Source: a virus. From it: a stretch of 64,000 nucleotides of DNA. The notes below the pieces were generated by a model. That model did not search any database, was not told the origin of the DNA, and was given only the letters and a program-made list of their open reading frames with translations. The stretch is from positions 32,001-96,000 of IMG/VR virus record IMGVR_UViG_3300025728_000008. The stretch is one strand, 5' to 3'. This document shows positions 1-13,315 of this stretch, piece after piece. The stretch's first letter is position 1, and each line of letters begins with the position of its first letter. Both the position numbers and the translations under genes were made by a program.

Positions 1-496
1 TTTCTCCCATGCAAGATGCTCTTTTAAAGTGTTAATAGAGATACGATTCTTCAATTTCTTTTTTAATACCCTAACCATATCCGACTTTGCTATGTGGTCT
101 TTCCATATTTTCATTACTGTGTCTGGATATCTCATAGCACCATCTCCTTAATAATAGTTTACTATATTTTGTTTCTTTTGTCAAGCGAATCATTAATTTG
201 TTTTTATTTTATTTCTGTGAAGTAATTACAAGACATCAAAGCAAATTTATGACCATTTTTTATATAATATCCTTGTGGTTCGTTACTGTTGCCAAATAAT
301 CTTACCCATAAAGAATCATCAAATGTCAATGGAATGTCTCTTGGTCTATCAAGCTTCACAAGATACAGAGTATTGCTATACCTTGACAATGTTACCCCAT
401 GTAATTCAATTGGTTTATCAGTATCAAGATAAGTTTTAACATAACGCAATGAATCTTCACTTATATTTTCTGTATCAATCTTTACATATTGTTGTT

Positions 497-691
497 TCAT
501 TCGGATTCCTCCTTTGTCCACCAGTCTGTAATAAATTCTTTCACTTTAATATTGATATACATATCATTAAGAGGATAATAGACTTTCACATATTCGTCAT
601 TGTATTTACCTTGAAACACCACAATGTCATCATCAGCATTTGTATATTCTTGACCGACAATAAATTCAAAAGTATAAGTTACTTTCTCCAT
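497..691 (-). CDS. Hypothetical protein (true start MEKVTY)
   Basis: RBS AAGGGAG and promoter directly upstream of ATG at 691; the longer ORF-track call runs through the promoter. Confidence 0.7.
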   Translation of the reverse strand: MEKVTYTFEFIVGQEYTNADDDIVVFQGKYNDEYVKVYYPLNDMYINIKVKEFITDWWTKEESE

Positions 692-1501
692 ATTATCATC
701 TCCCTTTGTTTTGTTACTCTTAGTATACACTATAATAATTCTCCCGTCAAGCGAAATTTTAATAATCTTCATCTTCTTCATAATCTTTTTTGTATTCAAC
801 CACTTCACGGATTGCAAGTGGAATGTCATAGTAGTTCATCCATTTAAGAGCATTGTGAAATTCTTCTTCTGTATCATATGTTCTTGTTTCAACATACTCT
901 TTCACACCGTGGTCATTACCTACTCGCACCTTAATTTCCCAATACTTTGATTCAACAATTAATTTTATCATAAAATCCCTCCTATTTATCTTCTGGGTCA
1001 TATTCTAATTCAATTTTAACTTTGACACCATCACCTAAATACTTTCCACCTGCTTCTGCAACGCTCCAGAATGCATCATATAGCTCCACAATCAAATTTT
1101 CAAGGTGTTTCTCTGTTGATTTAATTGGCGTAAACTGACCATCGTGAGACATCTCTGAAAGCATCTTATTATACTTATCACAACTTTTCTGGTCTTGCAT
1201 CGGAATATTGAAATTTAAAGTCTTTTTCCATTCCATATTAATTCCACCCTCCAGATTGTTTTTTCTTCATATCTAACAATTCTGAATCATAATTGATTAC
1301 ATATGTAAGTGCATCAATCTGTATATTCAATGTATTAATCAGATTCATTACACGAGAATAGTCTTTTTTCTCTTCATCAGACAGTTTAGACCAGTCTGCA
1401 ATACCGAAACCATTTTTTATTCCTCTTGCATCTTCTAATTGACCTTTTAATTCTTCACGCTTTTTTAATACTGTTTCTAATGATTTCATAGACATCTCTC
1501 C

Positions 1502-1783
1502 TTATTGTTTATCATAATTTTTTACTTCAAGATATGTAGTGTAAAAGTCATTTGTTTGATATTCTACCTTATATATTGCACCTTTTTCTAGTGGTTTTGG
1601 TTCATCATCCCAATACAGACTAACAACATTACCATTTTTATCTTCAAATATAGCTACTTGTTTTTCATATTTAGCTTTAACAACTGTATTTCCCACAAAC
1701 TTCAATTCTTTTTGTTCGAACGTTTGCCCACCGCCACACCCAACCAAGAGGACTAGAAACAATACTGTAATAAGTTTTTTCAT
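1502..1783 (-). CDS. Putative lipoprotein
   Basis: MKK, hydrophobic stretch, lipobox LVGC. Confidence 0.7.
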   Translation of the reverse strand: MKKLITVLFLVLLVGCGGGQTFEQKELKFVGNTVVKAKYEKQVAIFEDKNGNVVSLYWDDEPKPLEKGAIYKVEYQTNDFYTTYLEVKNYDKQ

Positions 1784-1797
1784 TATACCACTCCTTT

Positions 1798-4700
1798 ATA
1801 AAATTGAGTTTTTATTAAAATAATCCACCATTACTACCTTGACCTCCATCATCCTTACCTGTACCACTGTCATCTCCACCTTTGGAGAAACATAACCAAG
1901 TTAGGATGATGAGAAATATTCCAAGTATTGTATAAATGATACCTCCTAATATTAAACCCCATATTGGATACATAATATCACCTCATAAAAGTAAACTTTT
2001 ATTCACCAAATTCTTTTCTATTAACATATAGAATATTATCACAAAGTTCATCAAAACATTTAATGCTACAAATACTTCCATACGCACTTCCAACAATATC
2101 CTCATCTTTTTCAGCAACTATTGTTCTTTCACATACAGTACAAGTTCCTTTTACCATATAAATTCCTCCTTGTTAAAAGTAAAATTTTATCAATCTTCAT
2201 AGATAGAAACAACTACCTTTACCCTTTTCCCATTGTATTCTTCTAACAAATCCCCTAAATCTGCACCGTCATCTCCTATTATTTCGTGCCAGATATATCC
2301 ATAATGTTCATTGTCTCTGACAGTACCAACCATGACAACTTGTTCTGTTCCAGATGAATCCTTACCTATATGATAGCTCTTTTTATTTTTCATACAATCA
2401 TCTCCCTTGTTAAAATTAAGATTTTATTTACCAAACACCTAACAAAACACATACCCATATTAAACATGCACAAGACAATATATAACAGACAACACTTATA
2501 ATATTTCTCATTAAAACACCCTCTTTCCAATTGCTTTCTCTATGTCTTTTCTCCATTCGTTGTAAAGTTTTGTGGCATATTTATCTAAACCTAATTCTTG
2601 TATAACTTCTTTCACGTGAATTTTTAATTTGTCATAAGTTTCCTCATCGTAATCAATCTCAATCTCAAAACTTTTAACTAAGTCTTCTTTGCTTCCTGTC
2701 TCGGAATAATCAAAATCTATATCATCAATATCTTGATTGATTGAAAAGACATGAAACAATCCTTTTTCTGTTGTCAAGTATCCACACAAACCACCAAAAG
2801 CAGGAGGTGAAAATCCTCTTTCTTCCCATTTTCTCATAAGCATCTCTCCTTTGTATAAGTTAATTATACTACATTATGATTCTTTTGTCAAGCGAAAATT
2901 TTTAGACTCCGTATTTTACTAAACTACGAATTTCATCTACTGCTTTTGGATGTGCTTCTTCACATTGTTCTAATTCTTGTAAAACCTCTTTTGGAGAATA
3001 TCCTAATGAAATAGCTTCATTGAATGCATCTATTGTTTCTTGATACGTCATAGAATCATCCCATTAATCTTGCTTAATCGTTCTTCTAATGTCTCTAGGG
3101 CTTCTTTAACTCTATCATTACGCACTTTATGTGAAGCATGTTCAATATCTCCTTCAAACTCTGTATAAGCTCTAAGCTTGTAATTCATTCGTTGAATCAT
3201 TTTAAAAAGCACCATCACATCATTACCACTACGCTCATAAGTGTTGATAATGTTGAATAGCATAGCGTTATTTTCTTTACTTGCTTGCATTTTCATTTCC
3301 TGTACCTTTTTAGCAGTTTCGGATTCTGTTTGCCATTTGTCTTGTTCATACATACTCATTGAATCACCCCTATTTTACGTTTTTAAAAACTCCTTGCTCT
3401 TTCACATAATAATTATAAGTTGGTGCATATTTATCTACATAAGCCTGTGCATCATGACCATTATCAAACGATGTAATGTATGTAGAATCATTATCATCAT
3501 AATAAGCATCAAGCTTTTCAAATATACTGTAAATTGTTGCGACTCTAATAGTTTTCATTAAACCGCCCCTTTCACATATCGTCTAACGTATCTATAAACA
3601 TTATCACGTACTTCTGTATCATCCCAATCCCACTTCATAGCATCGTGATAGTATAATTCTTTAACGTTGATACCAATTTTAATTATTTCATCGTCACTTG
3701 GATTTTGACCTGTAATATCCTTATAACACATTACAATGATATCATTCATCGGCTTATCTTCTTCATTTTCTAAAGTATTCATGTATGCCAAAACCCAATC
3801 TAGCATATCGACTCTATCCATTTCTAATTCTTTTTCTAACTGTGTTCGAGTAGATTTAAGTTGTTCTTTTAATGTTTTCCATTTACCCATAACATCATCT
3901 CCTTATCTTAATTACATTTTATCACACTTCAAATCTTGTGTCAAGCGAATTATTTAATTACTTTTTCAAGTTTCTCAATAAAATAATTCAATGTATTCGA
4001 AACAGGGAAATCATAGGCTTCAAATGCTTTGTCTTTCTCTTCCTTCATTTCTGCTAAAATCTCCAGAATGCTTTCTGTGCTGTTTGGAGATAAGATAGAC
4101 CCTTTTGTATCATCAATCAACTCTCCAGAATCTATAACCTTATCTATCTCACTTCTCATGGAAAGTGCAGTGCTCTTGTATTTAACAAACACACTGTCAA
4201 TATCATTTTCATACTCATCATAGAATGCTAAAGATAAACCACTACCAATACCAGACCCACTTAACCCAATACGTACAGATGCACCTTTTTGTTTTATAAA
4301 CATTGGTGATAATTCATCATGAAATTTTTTACCCATTAGACATCTCTCCTTTTAATTTATTATTATATTCCTCTTGCATTTTTTTATCTTTCTTGTCATT
4401 ACCTAGTTCTCTACATGACCAACAATAAACTTCTGTTTCTTTTTGATTATACCAATCATGACACCATTTACATTTACACATTGCCATAAGCATTCCTCCA
4501 TAAAATCAGACTTTTATACAGATTTTTTAGCACCTCTAGGTAGTTTGCCAACTGTAAATGGCTTATTTAAATCTCTAGAGCATCTAAGCTCACCATTAAG
4601 ATTAACAAAGTAATAAGAGCCATCCATAATCACTTTCCGTTGGACTTGATGTATTTCTCCAAGATAATCAATTAATATAGTTTTCAATGTAGTTTCCATA

Positions 4701-7700
4701 GTTTTCATAGCATTACCTCCTTGATAATATGAGAATTTTATCAGTCTACTCCTTTAGTCCAGTTAGCCAATAATCTTGCATGACTAATAACATGACTTTT
4801 AAATACTTTTACTAGACCTGCAACTCTCTTATTTTCTTGTGATTTTTTTGCAAATTCTTCGCTTGTAAGTTCTTCAACAATTTCATTTGTCAACTTTTGT
4901 ACTAATATAGCTTTTTCTTGTATATTCATAAACATTCCTCCTTATTCGTCATTCCAATGTGTTCCTGTCACTTTACGAACACAATCAAGCAAATGCAACT
5001 GCTTCTTTAAATCACCATCATGTAATGCATCTTCTAGAAGGTCTAGATAAGATTTAAGCTGTTCCATTTCACCTGCACCGATAACATATTGTACTTGCAT
5101 ATACATCACTCCTCATCATCATTTAAACAGTCTTCACAAGCGTTACAAGACCAACAATAAGCACATCCACAATCATTTCCACCACAATCACAACAATCAT
5201 ACATATACTCGCAATTACATGGTTTTGTCATATTATCGACTCCTTAGAATTAATGTATTTATATTCTTATTATTGTTACACCATGTACACTTACCGTTCT
5301 TTTCAATATTATAGAGTGTTAGACACGCTTTACAGCGTTTTGCTTTTGGTTTAATCATAATATCACTCTCCTATATAATATTGTAAAACATTGTTGGTAT
5401 CTATAATCTCGCCCGTTCCTTTAACATGAATATCTCCTTTTTCAGTTTGAACCGCCACACCATTATCCCAATCGTAATTAGAATGAATTGTCATATATGT
5501 TTCAACTTTCAAATAACTTGTTCTTGGTAAAACAACCTTATTCATAATTTCCCATGCTAGTTGATTAGCCATTTAACATCACTCCTTGTTTGTTTGTATC
5601 TTTATTATACAATACATTTTATGCTCTTGTCAAGCGAATGATACATTTATTTTAAAGAAATTTTACTGAATCAATATCTTCAACTTCAATTAATCCAGAA
5701 GATTCATTAATAATTCTAACTGCATCTCTGTCTACTGTGAAAGCAACTCTAGTATTCATAGCATTCCTTTGCTGTAATTCAGCATTGAATGTATATTGTT
5801 CATTAAATAACGCTTGCCCCGAATAACTAGTATAACACAATAATCTTCCATTTTCCTGTGTTGCTTTATCTAGAAGTGCATCAAGTCTTACTTTTTGTTC
5901 TTCTCTCATTTTTAGTACCATTTCAAGAGTAACCTTCCCTATTATTTCTACTCTTTTTCTTTTACTTATTTGTACACGTGAATTTGCAAAAGGAAAGACA
6001 TCTCTTTCTTGAGCTTTCATAATAAAATCGCCTACTTCTGGTATTTTCCCACCTTCTGCTTCACCATAAAAAGCAGATTTTTTATTTTTCATACAATAAT
6101 GATTCCATGAATCAACATAGAAAGTTACAAATTTTCTTTCCGTTGCTTCTTCTGTATGAGAAAACTTCATAACACCTACGGAATATCCATCTAGAACTAA
6201 TGTGTCTTTGTAATCCTCCTGCAATTCAAGCTGTGAAGGATAGAATCTACTCATTTTCTTATTTCCTTTTTTTAGAAAAAATGCCATTCTCTTCATTAGC
6301 ATCAACTCCTTGTTTTTGTTTGTACCTCAAGTATACCATTATCTTTTATGTAAGTCAACAACTATTTTCATCACCCCTTTATTATCTCAATAAGATGCAT
6401 CAAAGTTGTCATAATAGCAATACCCGTAAGGATTCCAAGTCCATATATTTTATGTCTTTCATTCATATAATCACCTCCTGCATAAATCTAAAATTTTATC
6501 AATAACCAAACAATTCTCTACTAACCTCTTTAAACCCTTCTTTTTCAAGATGGCTTTTATAAATAGTCCATTCATTGCTAATGATTCTCTTGTTTGCATT
6601 GTAATGGCTACAAGTTAGACTATTACCATTATAACCAACATGTAATACGATATATGCTGTTGTATATCTTTCTGTATCTTGAGACAATACAAAGGTTTGA
6701 CCTTCTTTCAAAGTCTCATTCTTGAATTTGTTTACAACATCTAATAATATCATAACATCACCCTTTCATAAAACAATCCTTTTATCATTCTTTATATTCA
6801 AATATTGTCATAGTAAGTACGTTTAATTTACTAAAATCAACTTTCTCCAATAGTTTAACCATTGCTTTCTGTTTATCTTTAGCTTCAACATACTCAATAT
6901 CATATCCACCATTAACAGTTGCAAAAACAAATTTATAAGTATTCATAATATCTCCCCTTTATAAAAGATTTCTTTTATCTATAGATAATCAATCAATTTT
7001 ACATCTTTATTCAACATGTAATTCCCTTTGTAATCTATACCAATGATAGGATTGTTTTTATTTTGCATAGAAATAATATTGTCAATAAATTCTTTCTTTG
7101 TTTTGGTACTTCCTAATCCAACTAAGTATCCAACTTTACGTAAATGAGATATATCAATTCCTTGTATCTTATTATTCGGATACATTCTATTAAGATAAGC
7201 TTTCCTTTCTTCTTTATGCTTCTGATAATCTATTTGCCATTGCATCATATACATTCCTCCTATTCGATATCTAAATAAGAATATTGAACTATTCCAGACC
7301 AACAGACAGTATCCATTCTTATATCTGTAAATGTATCGTTTGTAAAGTGTATTCTCACTACCAAAGGCTTCCCCTCTGGCGAGTGGTGCGTTTCTTCTAC
7401 TTTTTTAATAGTAAACCCTTCTGCTAATCTCAAAGCCATTATAGGTATCATATAACCCCTCCTAATATTTGCTTGCTAATCTTATCAGATACACAAATCC
7501 AAGAATACATAGAAGCTTGACAATGTTTATCATTGATTCCATTTAATTTTGTCACATAATGTATAGAATATTGTTAGTTCTGTTTGGGTTAATAATTTAC
7601 CTTCATTCAATTTCTTCCAATCTATAATAATATTATCTCCATCCACTTTATAAGTTTTCTCTTCCATACAATCACTCCTTTTGTTCTTCTATTATCTTAA

Positions 7701-9566
7701 TAGCTATTTCTAAACCCCTCATACAACCACTCTTTTTAGTTGTATGAGGTAATTGTCTAAGTTGTGCTTTTGCTAATTCCTCGTGTAATCTGAGAAGAAT
7801 TTCAACCTTACTCATTAATATGCAAATCCAATAACTTAGCTGTCAATTGCATAAGAGATTTTCTTAATTCATCAATTCTTTCCTTAATGCTTTCTTTTGC
7901 TCCCTCATGATGTACCCGTTTTAAATCTTGTTCCAATATATTTATTTCTGATTTTACTTCTCTTATCTTTAATTGTGTGTGATGGACATGAAATTGAAGT
8001 TGTTCTTCTGGCGTTAATTCTTCTACAGTTGTATCTACATCAATGAAGTGCAATTTAAACCATGAATCATCATCTTCACTGCTCACACCATGAGGATTTC
8101 CTTGTTCATCCCATGCATACAATTCTCCATCTTGAATGTATGAAGTGTATGTTTTTCCTTTAAGGAAATAAAATAAGTGTCGTGATGAACCAAGAGGGAC
8201 ATCTTTTATACATTGAATCATACTAGTCATTAACATTACCTCCTTTAGCTTCAATCATGGCTTCAATTTCTTGTTTCAAACCATCAATCCGAGTTACATC
8301 AATCATATCCATTTGACGATGTACACGAGGGTCTAAATCAGTCATTTCAGTAAGGTTTGCCAATGCATTATATACTGCTCCACTAGCATCATCCAATTGT
8401 TTCCATACCGTTTTTAAATTGTTTACAGTTTTATTTATACGTGTCATATACATTCCTCCCGATATTTAGGTCTCACTAGCACCCGTTTTGATAATTCAAA
8501 GCACCATACTTTGCCTTCTGGTGATTCTTTTGATATATACCATGTTTGTATTCTAAATTTATCTTCTTCAAGCTCTCTTGCTTTTTCTAAAGCCTTGAAA
8601 TAGCTTGAATCCTCGATTGTCACATCAATGACTTCATAAACTGTTTTAGTTATCTTCATGCAGTGATACCAACTGGACTTCCTGTTGATTCTAAATGTTT
8701 AATAGATTCTTTCAGAATGCGTTTTGCACTGTCATATACTACATTTCCTAGTGCTAGACTAATATAACCTTCCATACCATCTCCACCAACCCAATCATCA
8801 GCAGGTGATATTTCATAATCATAACCACCACATTCTAAAGTAACTTCCATTCCACTTTCTAACAACTCAACTGCTTCATCAAATGTAATCATAAACAACA
8901 TCCTCTCTTTTGTTGATATCTTTAGTATACTATATTCTTATTCTTCTGTCAAGCGAATTATGAATAATTTTCAACAATTGTATATTTATTTGCTTTTGCT
9001 TCATCAATAGCTTCCTGTTCTGTTTTGTAGTAAATAGTTGTCAGTTGGTTGTTTCTTCCTAATAGAGAGTAATTACGACCAGAATTGAAACAATAAATAA
9101 CATATCCTCTATGAGTTAATCTGATTTGTACTTTCATCAACATCACTCCTTATAATTTTAATAAAAGGTAATCCGTTTTTATATTTCCTTGAGCAATTGT
9201 TGTAATCGTGCGATTTCTTTTTTAATTACATCTCTACGCTCCATTTTTTCATTGTCTATAGTTCTTTCATTGCTATGTTCAAATGCACATTCTAATCCTT
9301 CTATGATTGGTTCTATTCCTGTTTCAGCTTGTAATCGTATTAATACCCACCCCATAGTACTATATTTTACAGTAGAAGAAATTGTAAAGTCTTTAGTTAA
9401 AGAGCATGTTTGTAAATAAGCTCCATGACCTTTTTCATTTTCAACATTGAAATAATCTTTGCCTTTACTTGTTATTTCCCACTTACTATTATTTAGAACA
9501 TGATTTAGTACCTCTGTAAACGTCATAAACATCTCTCCCTTTATCTTAATAAAATTGTGATTTTAT
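1798..9566. repeat. Dispersed 18-bp palindromes WTAAAA-N6-TTTTAT at gene junctions (1798, 1985, 2173, 2410, 4500, 4724, 6482, 6768, 6961, 9549; also 18878 and 54435)
   Basis: Read directly; constant 6-bp variable spacer; mostly between upstream stop codon and downstream RBS; two copies have one arm mismatch. Confidence 0.85.
5652..6296 (-). CDS. Hypothetical protein, paralog of 16802-17482
   Basis: Shared N-terminus FLKKGNKKMS.F..SQLELQE.Y.D.L; own promoter and RBS. Confidence 0.8.
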   Translation of the reverse strand: MKRMAFFLKKGNKKMSRFYPSQLELQEDYKDTLVLDGYSVGVMKFSHTEEATERKFVTFYVDSWNHYCMKNKKSAFYGEAEGGKIPEVGDFIMKAQERDVFPFANSRVQISKRKRVEIIGKVTLEMVLKMREEQKVRLDALLDKATQENGRLLCYTSYSGQALFNEQYTFNAELQQRNAMNTRVAFTVDRDAVRIINESSGLIEVEDIDSVKFL

Positions 9567-10445
9567 ACAAATTTCTTAGGTGGCTAAAACCCCGTCTATT
9601 AACGGGATTCTAGCTCTTTGATTTTTTGCTCCCAATGTTCGATGCCATGCTTGTTAGTTGCTAATTGCTCAAGAATCTCAAGTCTTTCCTCTTGCATACG
9701 TTGATGATGCTTTTTAGCTTCATTTAACAATGATGTATGGATTAAATCAGCTACAGTTGCATCCTCTGGCATCGCTATTAATGGTTCAAATGTTAGGAAA
9801 TGTACTTTACCTCTTACATCATATTTATAGCGTTTATCTGCTGTGTATTCAATGTTATACTTCATAATTTTGTGGTACTCACCTTTGATGTGAATATCCC
9901 AACAATAATCTATTTGTAATCCTGTTTCATTTCTTTGAAGGATTTCATCTGTGATTGCAATGATTTCTTGATGAAGTTTTCCAATATTATCAAACTTTAC
10001 ACCTCTAAATTTTGCAGTTACCTCTGTATTTAATTGGTCAATTAACGATTTAAGTTTCATGAACACCACTCCTTTGAATTTGTTTTGTTTTCTTATTATC
10101 TCAAGTATACATCATAATTATTCTTTTGTCAAGCGACTAAAATAAAATTCTTTTTAATTCTTCAACAATGTCATCTCGTGTTGGTTTATCCTGCCTAATC
10201 GTTGCAATTAAACATTCAATTTCCGTCCTCATATCATCTAAATGTTCTTGTGCTGTTACTTCTTCTGCTTCTTCTGCAAATGCATTTTCAAGCTCATCAA
10301 CTTCATCATCAATTTGTTTATATAATTCCAACACTTCATAGTTTGGCTCTGTTAAATCATAGAGGTAATTGTGGAGGGCTTTGACACCCTCCAGATTAGC
10401 CTTAGGTACGTTTACAATCATACACATATGCATTCCTCCTAAATG

Positions 10446-11504
10446 TTATTTATATGTTCGTAATGACCCATGTAACTGTTCTACGAGACTTTTTAATGAT
10501 GCTTTACTTAAAATAATTTCATCTCTACCTTGATTAATTATAACATTGTTTCCAAATTCATATACAATTGTATCACCTTTTGAATCCTCCACTTGTGCAA
10601 ATAAATCTTCTACAAAATCAGTCTCTTCTACAAAATCCCCCATAAACATTTCTTCATAATATGCTACATCTTTATATTGGTATCCACCCATTGAATTTGC
10701 AACCCATTGATTTTGTGGTGGTACTTCTGTGAATGTATGGCAGAAGTCATTGATTACCCCAAATGTTTGCATGATTAACTTTACAGTTCGTTTCATTTCT
10801 GATATCACTACATATTCTTTATCAGTATGTTCATTGTAATATCCGCATGATAAGTTGATTGCATTTACTCCTGCTTCTGAGAATGTACAAGCATCAGAGA
10901 TACCACCTTCTACACACATGTAGTCAAGTCCTGCTAACTCTGAAACGTTCTCCATGAAGTTTCCTACTTCATCACAACAGAAGGCTTGCCAACAGCCTAC
11001 AACGATGTCTTTACTACCTCTTCTGTCACATACGATTGCTAAGTCTACACCTTCATACCATTCTTCTCTAATTCTTGATGCACCCACACATCCAATTTCT
11101 TCTTCTCTTGAGAATGCTACTAATACTTTACCATTGAAGTTTACTTTATCCATGTTACGTAATACTGTTAATATGATTGCTATACCTGCTCTATCATCAG
11201 CACCTAACGCACTACCTTTTCCATCTGGCATTTGAGCACGAATACTACCATTTTCAATGATTAATTCTTTGAATAATTTCACATTGGTTACAGTGTCCAT
11301 ATGTGCTGATAATAGAACAGTTGCACCCTTACCATTTCCAAATGTCTTTTGTCCTAGTAAGTTTCCATATTCATCTACATGCATTGTATCAACTAATTTC
11401 TCTCTACATAATGTCATTGCTAAGTAATCACGTACAGGCTTTTCATTTCCAGATGTAGCATGAATGTTTAATAATTCCACTAATTGATTTTCCATTTTTT
11501 TCAT
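10446..11504 (-). CDS. Zinc metallopeptidase, M20/M28/M42 clan
   Basis: Motifs SAHMDTV, GADDRAG, REEEIG, C-terminal YYNEHT; RBS before ATG 11504, promoter at 11570. Confidence 0.85.
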   Translation of the reverse strand: MKKMENQLVELLNIHATSGNEKPVRDYLAMTLCREKLVDTMHVDEYGNLLGQKTFGNGKGATVLLSAHMDTVTNVKLFKELIIENGSIRAQMPDGKGSALGADDRAGIAIILTVLRNMDKVNFNGKVLVAFSREEEIGCVGASRIREEWYEGVDLAIVCDRRGSKDIVVGCWQAFCCDEVGNFMENVSELAGLDYMCVEGGISDACTFSEAGVNAINLSCGYYNEHTDKEYVVISEMKRTVKLIMQTFGVINDFCHTFTEVPPQNQWVANSMGGYQYKDVAYYEEMFMGDFVEETDFVEDLFAQVEDSKGDTIVYEFGNNVIINQGRDEIILSKASLKSLVEQLHGSLRTYK

Positions 11505-11589
11505 TCGCAACACTCCATTCGATTGTTTGTTTTTGTTCTTACCTTTATTATACATTCTATTGTTTCTTTTGTCAAGCGACTTTTTATTT

Positions 11590-13209
11590 TTATTTCTTTT
11601 CATTAGCATCACGCTCCATTTTCTTAATTGTATAATCCATTTCCTCAATAGCATACTTCTGTGATGGTTTATGGAAAGAATAGTCTCTTCTCCAAGGTTG
11701 ACCTTCTTCACGTTTTCTTTCTTCCGTGATATATAGTCCTGCTGGCTCACCACGCTGACCACGGATACTCATATAAATTGTGCTTCTTTGCATTTCAGCT
11801 TTATAAGATAACTTTTCATTGATGAATACACGTATTGCAGGTTGGTCTCCATATGCATAAGTTTCTTCTACTTTATAACCATTTTTCTCTGCCCATTTAC
11901 GAATTACAGTGAACGTTCTTCTTTGTTTTGTCATTCAATCATCCCCTTATTTGTTATTAAGTTAATTATATCATTATTTTATGCTCTTGTCAAACACTTT
12001 ATGCATGATATATTTCAATTTCTCCATCATCTACCTTATAATTAACGTTCAATGTCTTTCTAACTGCTTCTGCACGTTTCTTAGCTTCTTTCTCTGTTCC
12101 ATACGTATTTAAATCAAAATACGTGTCGTCATCAGTCATAAAGTTAGATACGACTTCTACAATATAACCTTCTTCATCATTCTCATCATAATTATAAATA
12201 CGAACTGTTAAATCTTGCAAATTCTTTAACTTCTTCAACTTTTGTTTCAGTTCTTTCATACTCATATTAACTTCATTTTGTAATTTATCCACTTATATCA
12301 TCCTCTCTTTTGTTGTTACCCTTATTATACACCTATTATATTCTTCTGTCAAGAGAATTATGCCAGTTTATTTTTTATTTCATTTTGTTTTTCAAATGCT
12401 CTCTCATTCATTTCATTCATTCTTCTCCAATATTTATGGTCATCACTCATATTCCAATATTCATCTATATCACTAGCCCATTTGATTTCACTATACTCCT
12501 TCAACAATGCTAAAGCTTCTACATTTGATTTAACACGTTGAGGGTTTGGGTCAAGATTATCTCCATCTATTCTTTCTACATTTATAACATCATTTTCATT
12601 TTCAATTAAAACCTCTGCATACCATCCATAATCATAATCACAAATAGTTACAACAAGCCCACCATTATGATGATATTGAACATTACTAGGATGATGAGGT
12701 AGTTTATCTAAAAAGTTTAGAATTTTATTTTGTAATTCTTCTGTGTACTTCATGCCTGTTGCCTTTTCAACATATTCTAATGCTTCACGAACATTCATTT
12801 TAGCCATACAATCATCTCCTTATATAGTGTATTTAGATAATGTTAAAGCTTTCTTTTGAGCTGATTTAAGGCTCTTATATGTTCTGATAAACTCTCCATC
12901 TCCATCATATTCAACTTCTCCATGTCTAGCTCTTACTTTATGGAAATATAAATCATACTCACCATCAGTATCATCACTGCAAATTTCTACACAATGCAAC
13001 TCTTCAAGCTTCTGCTCAATGTTGTAGTCTTCTGTTTCAAACTCTTCATCATAAGTAATTTCAGTGTTTGGTTTGCGAATGAACGATTGCATTTGTTCAC
13101 AATCAAGACCTTCCCACTGAGTGTGACCATTATGTGTGATTTCTACTCTAAAGATTACATCTTCACAAATTGTATCTACTCTATATACATGAACTGTTGT
13201 TTTAGCCAT
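11590..13209 (-). other. Four small hypothetical genes (11590-11934, 11999-12292, 12358-12807, 12820-13209)
   Basis: ORFs with RBS; three have an immediately upstream TTGACA promoter. Confidence 0.75.
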
Positions 13210-13315
13210 TCGACCATCTCCCTTTGTTTTGTTACTCTTAGTATACACTATATTATATGCTCTTGTCAAGCGAATGTGATAAAAAATTTTCCCCACTTTT
13301 AAAGTGGGGCTATGC

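Larger units (their letters stand above)
204..10433 (-). other. Array of about 35 short co-oriented hypothetical phage genes (early/accessory region, part 1)
   Basis: Tightly packed minus-strand ORFs of 50-220 aa, nearly all with AGGAG/GGAGG-type RBS and many with their own TTGACA promoter; few recognisable domains. Confidence 0.85.

Noticed and set aside
6979-7302. Resemblance to a VirD4-like P-loop fragment (GLGSTKT...IGIDYKG)
   Set aside because: Walker A is degenerate and the ORF is too short to support the call
9161-9182. ATAAAA-N10-TTTTAT, also N4 at 21355 and a weak match near 53846
   Set aside because: Spacer length differs from 6, so not counted in the palindrome family
11505-11762. 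N-terminal extension of the peptidase in the ORF track
   Set aside because: Runs through its own promoter and the neighbouring gene; ATG 11504 is preferred
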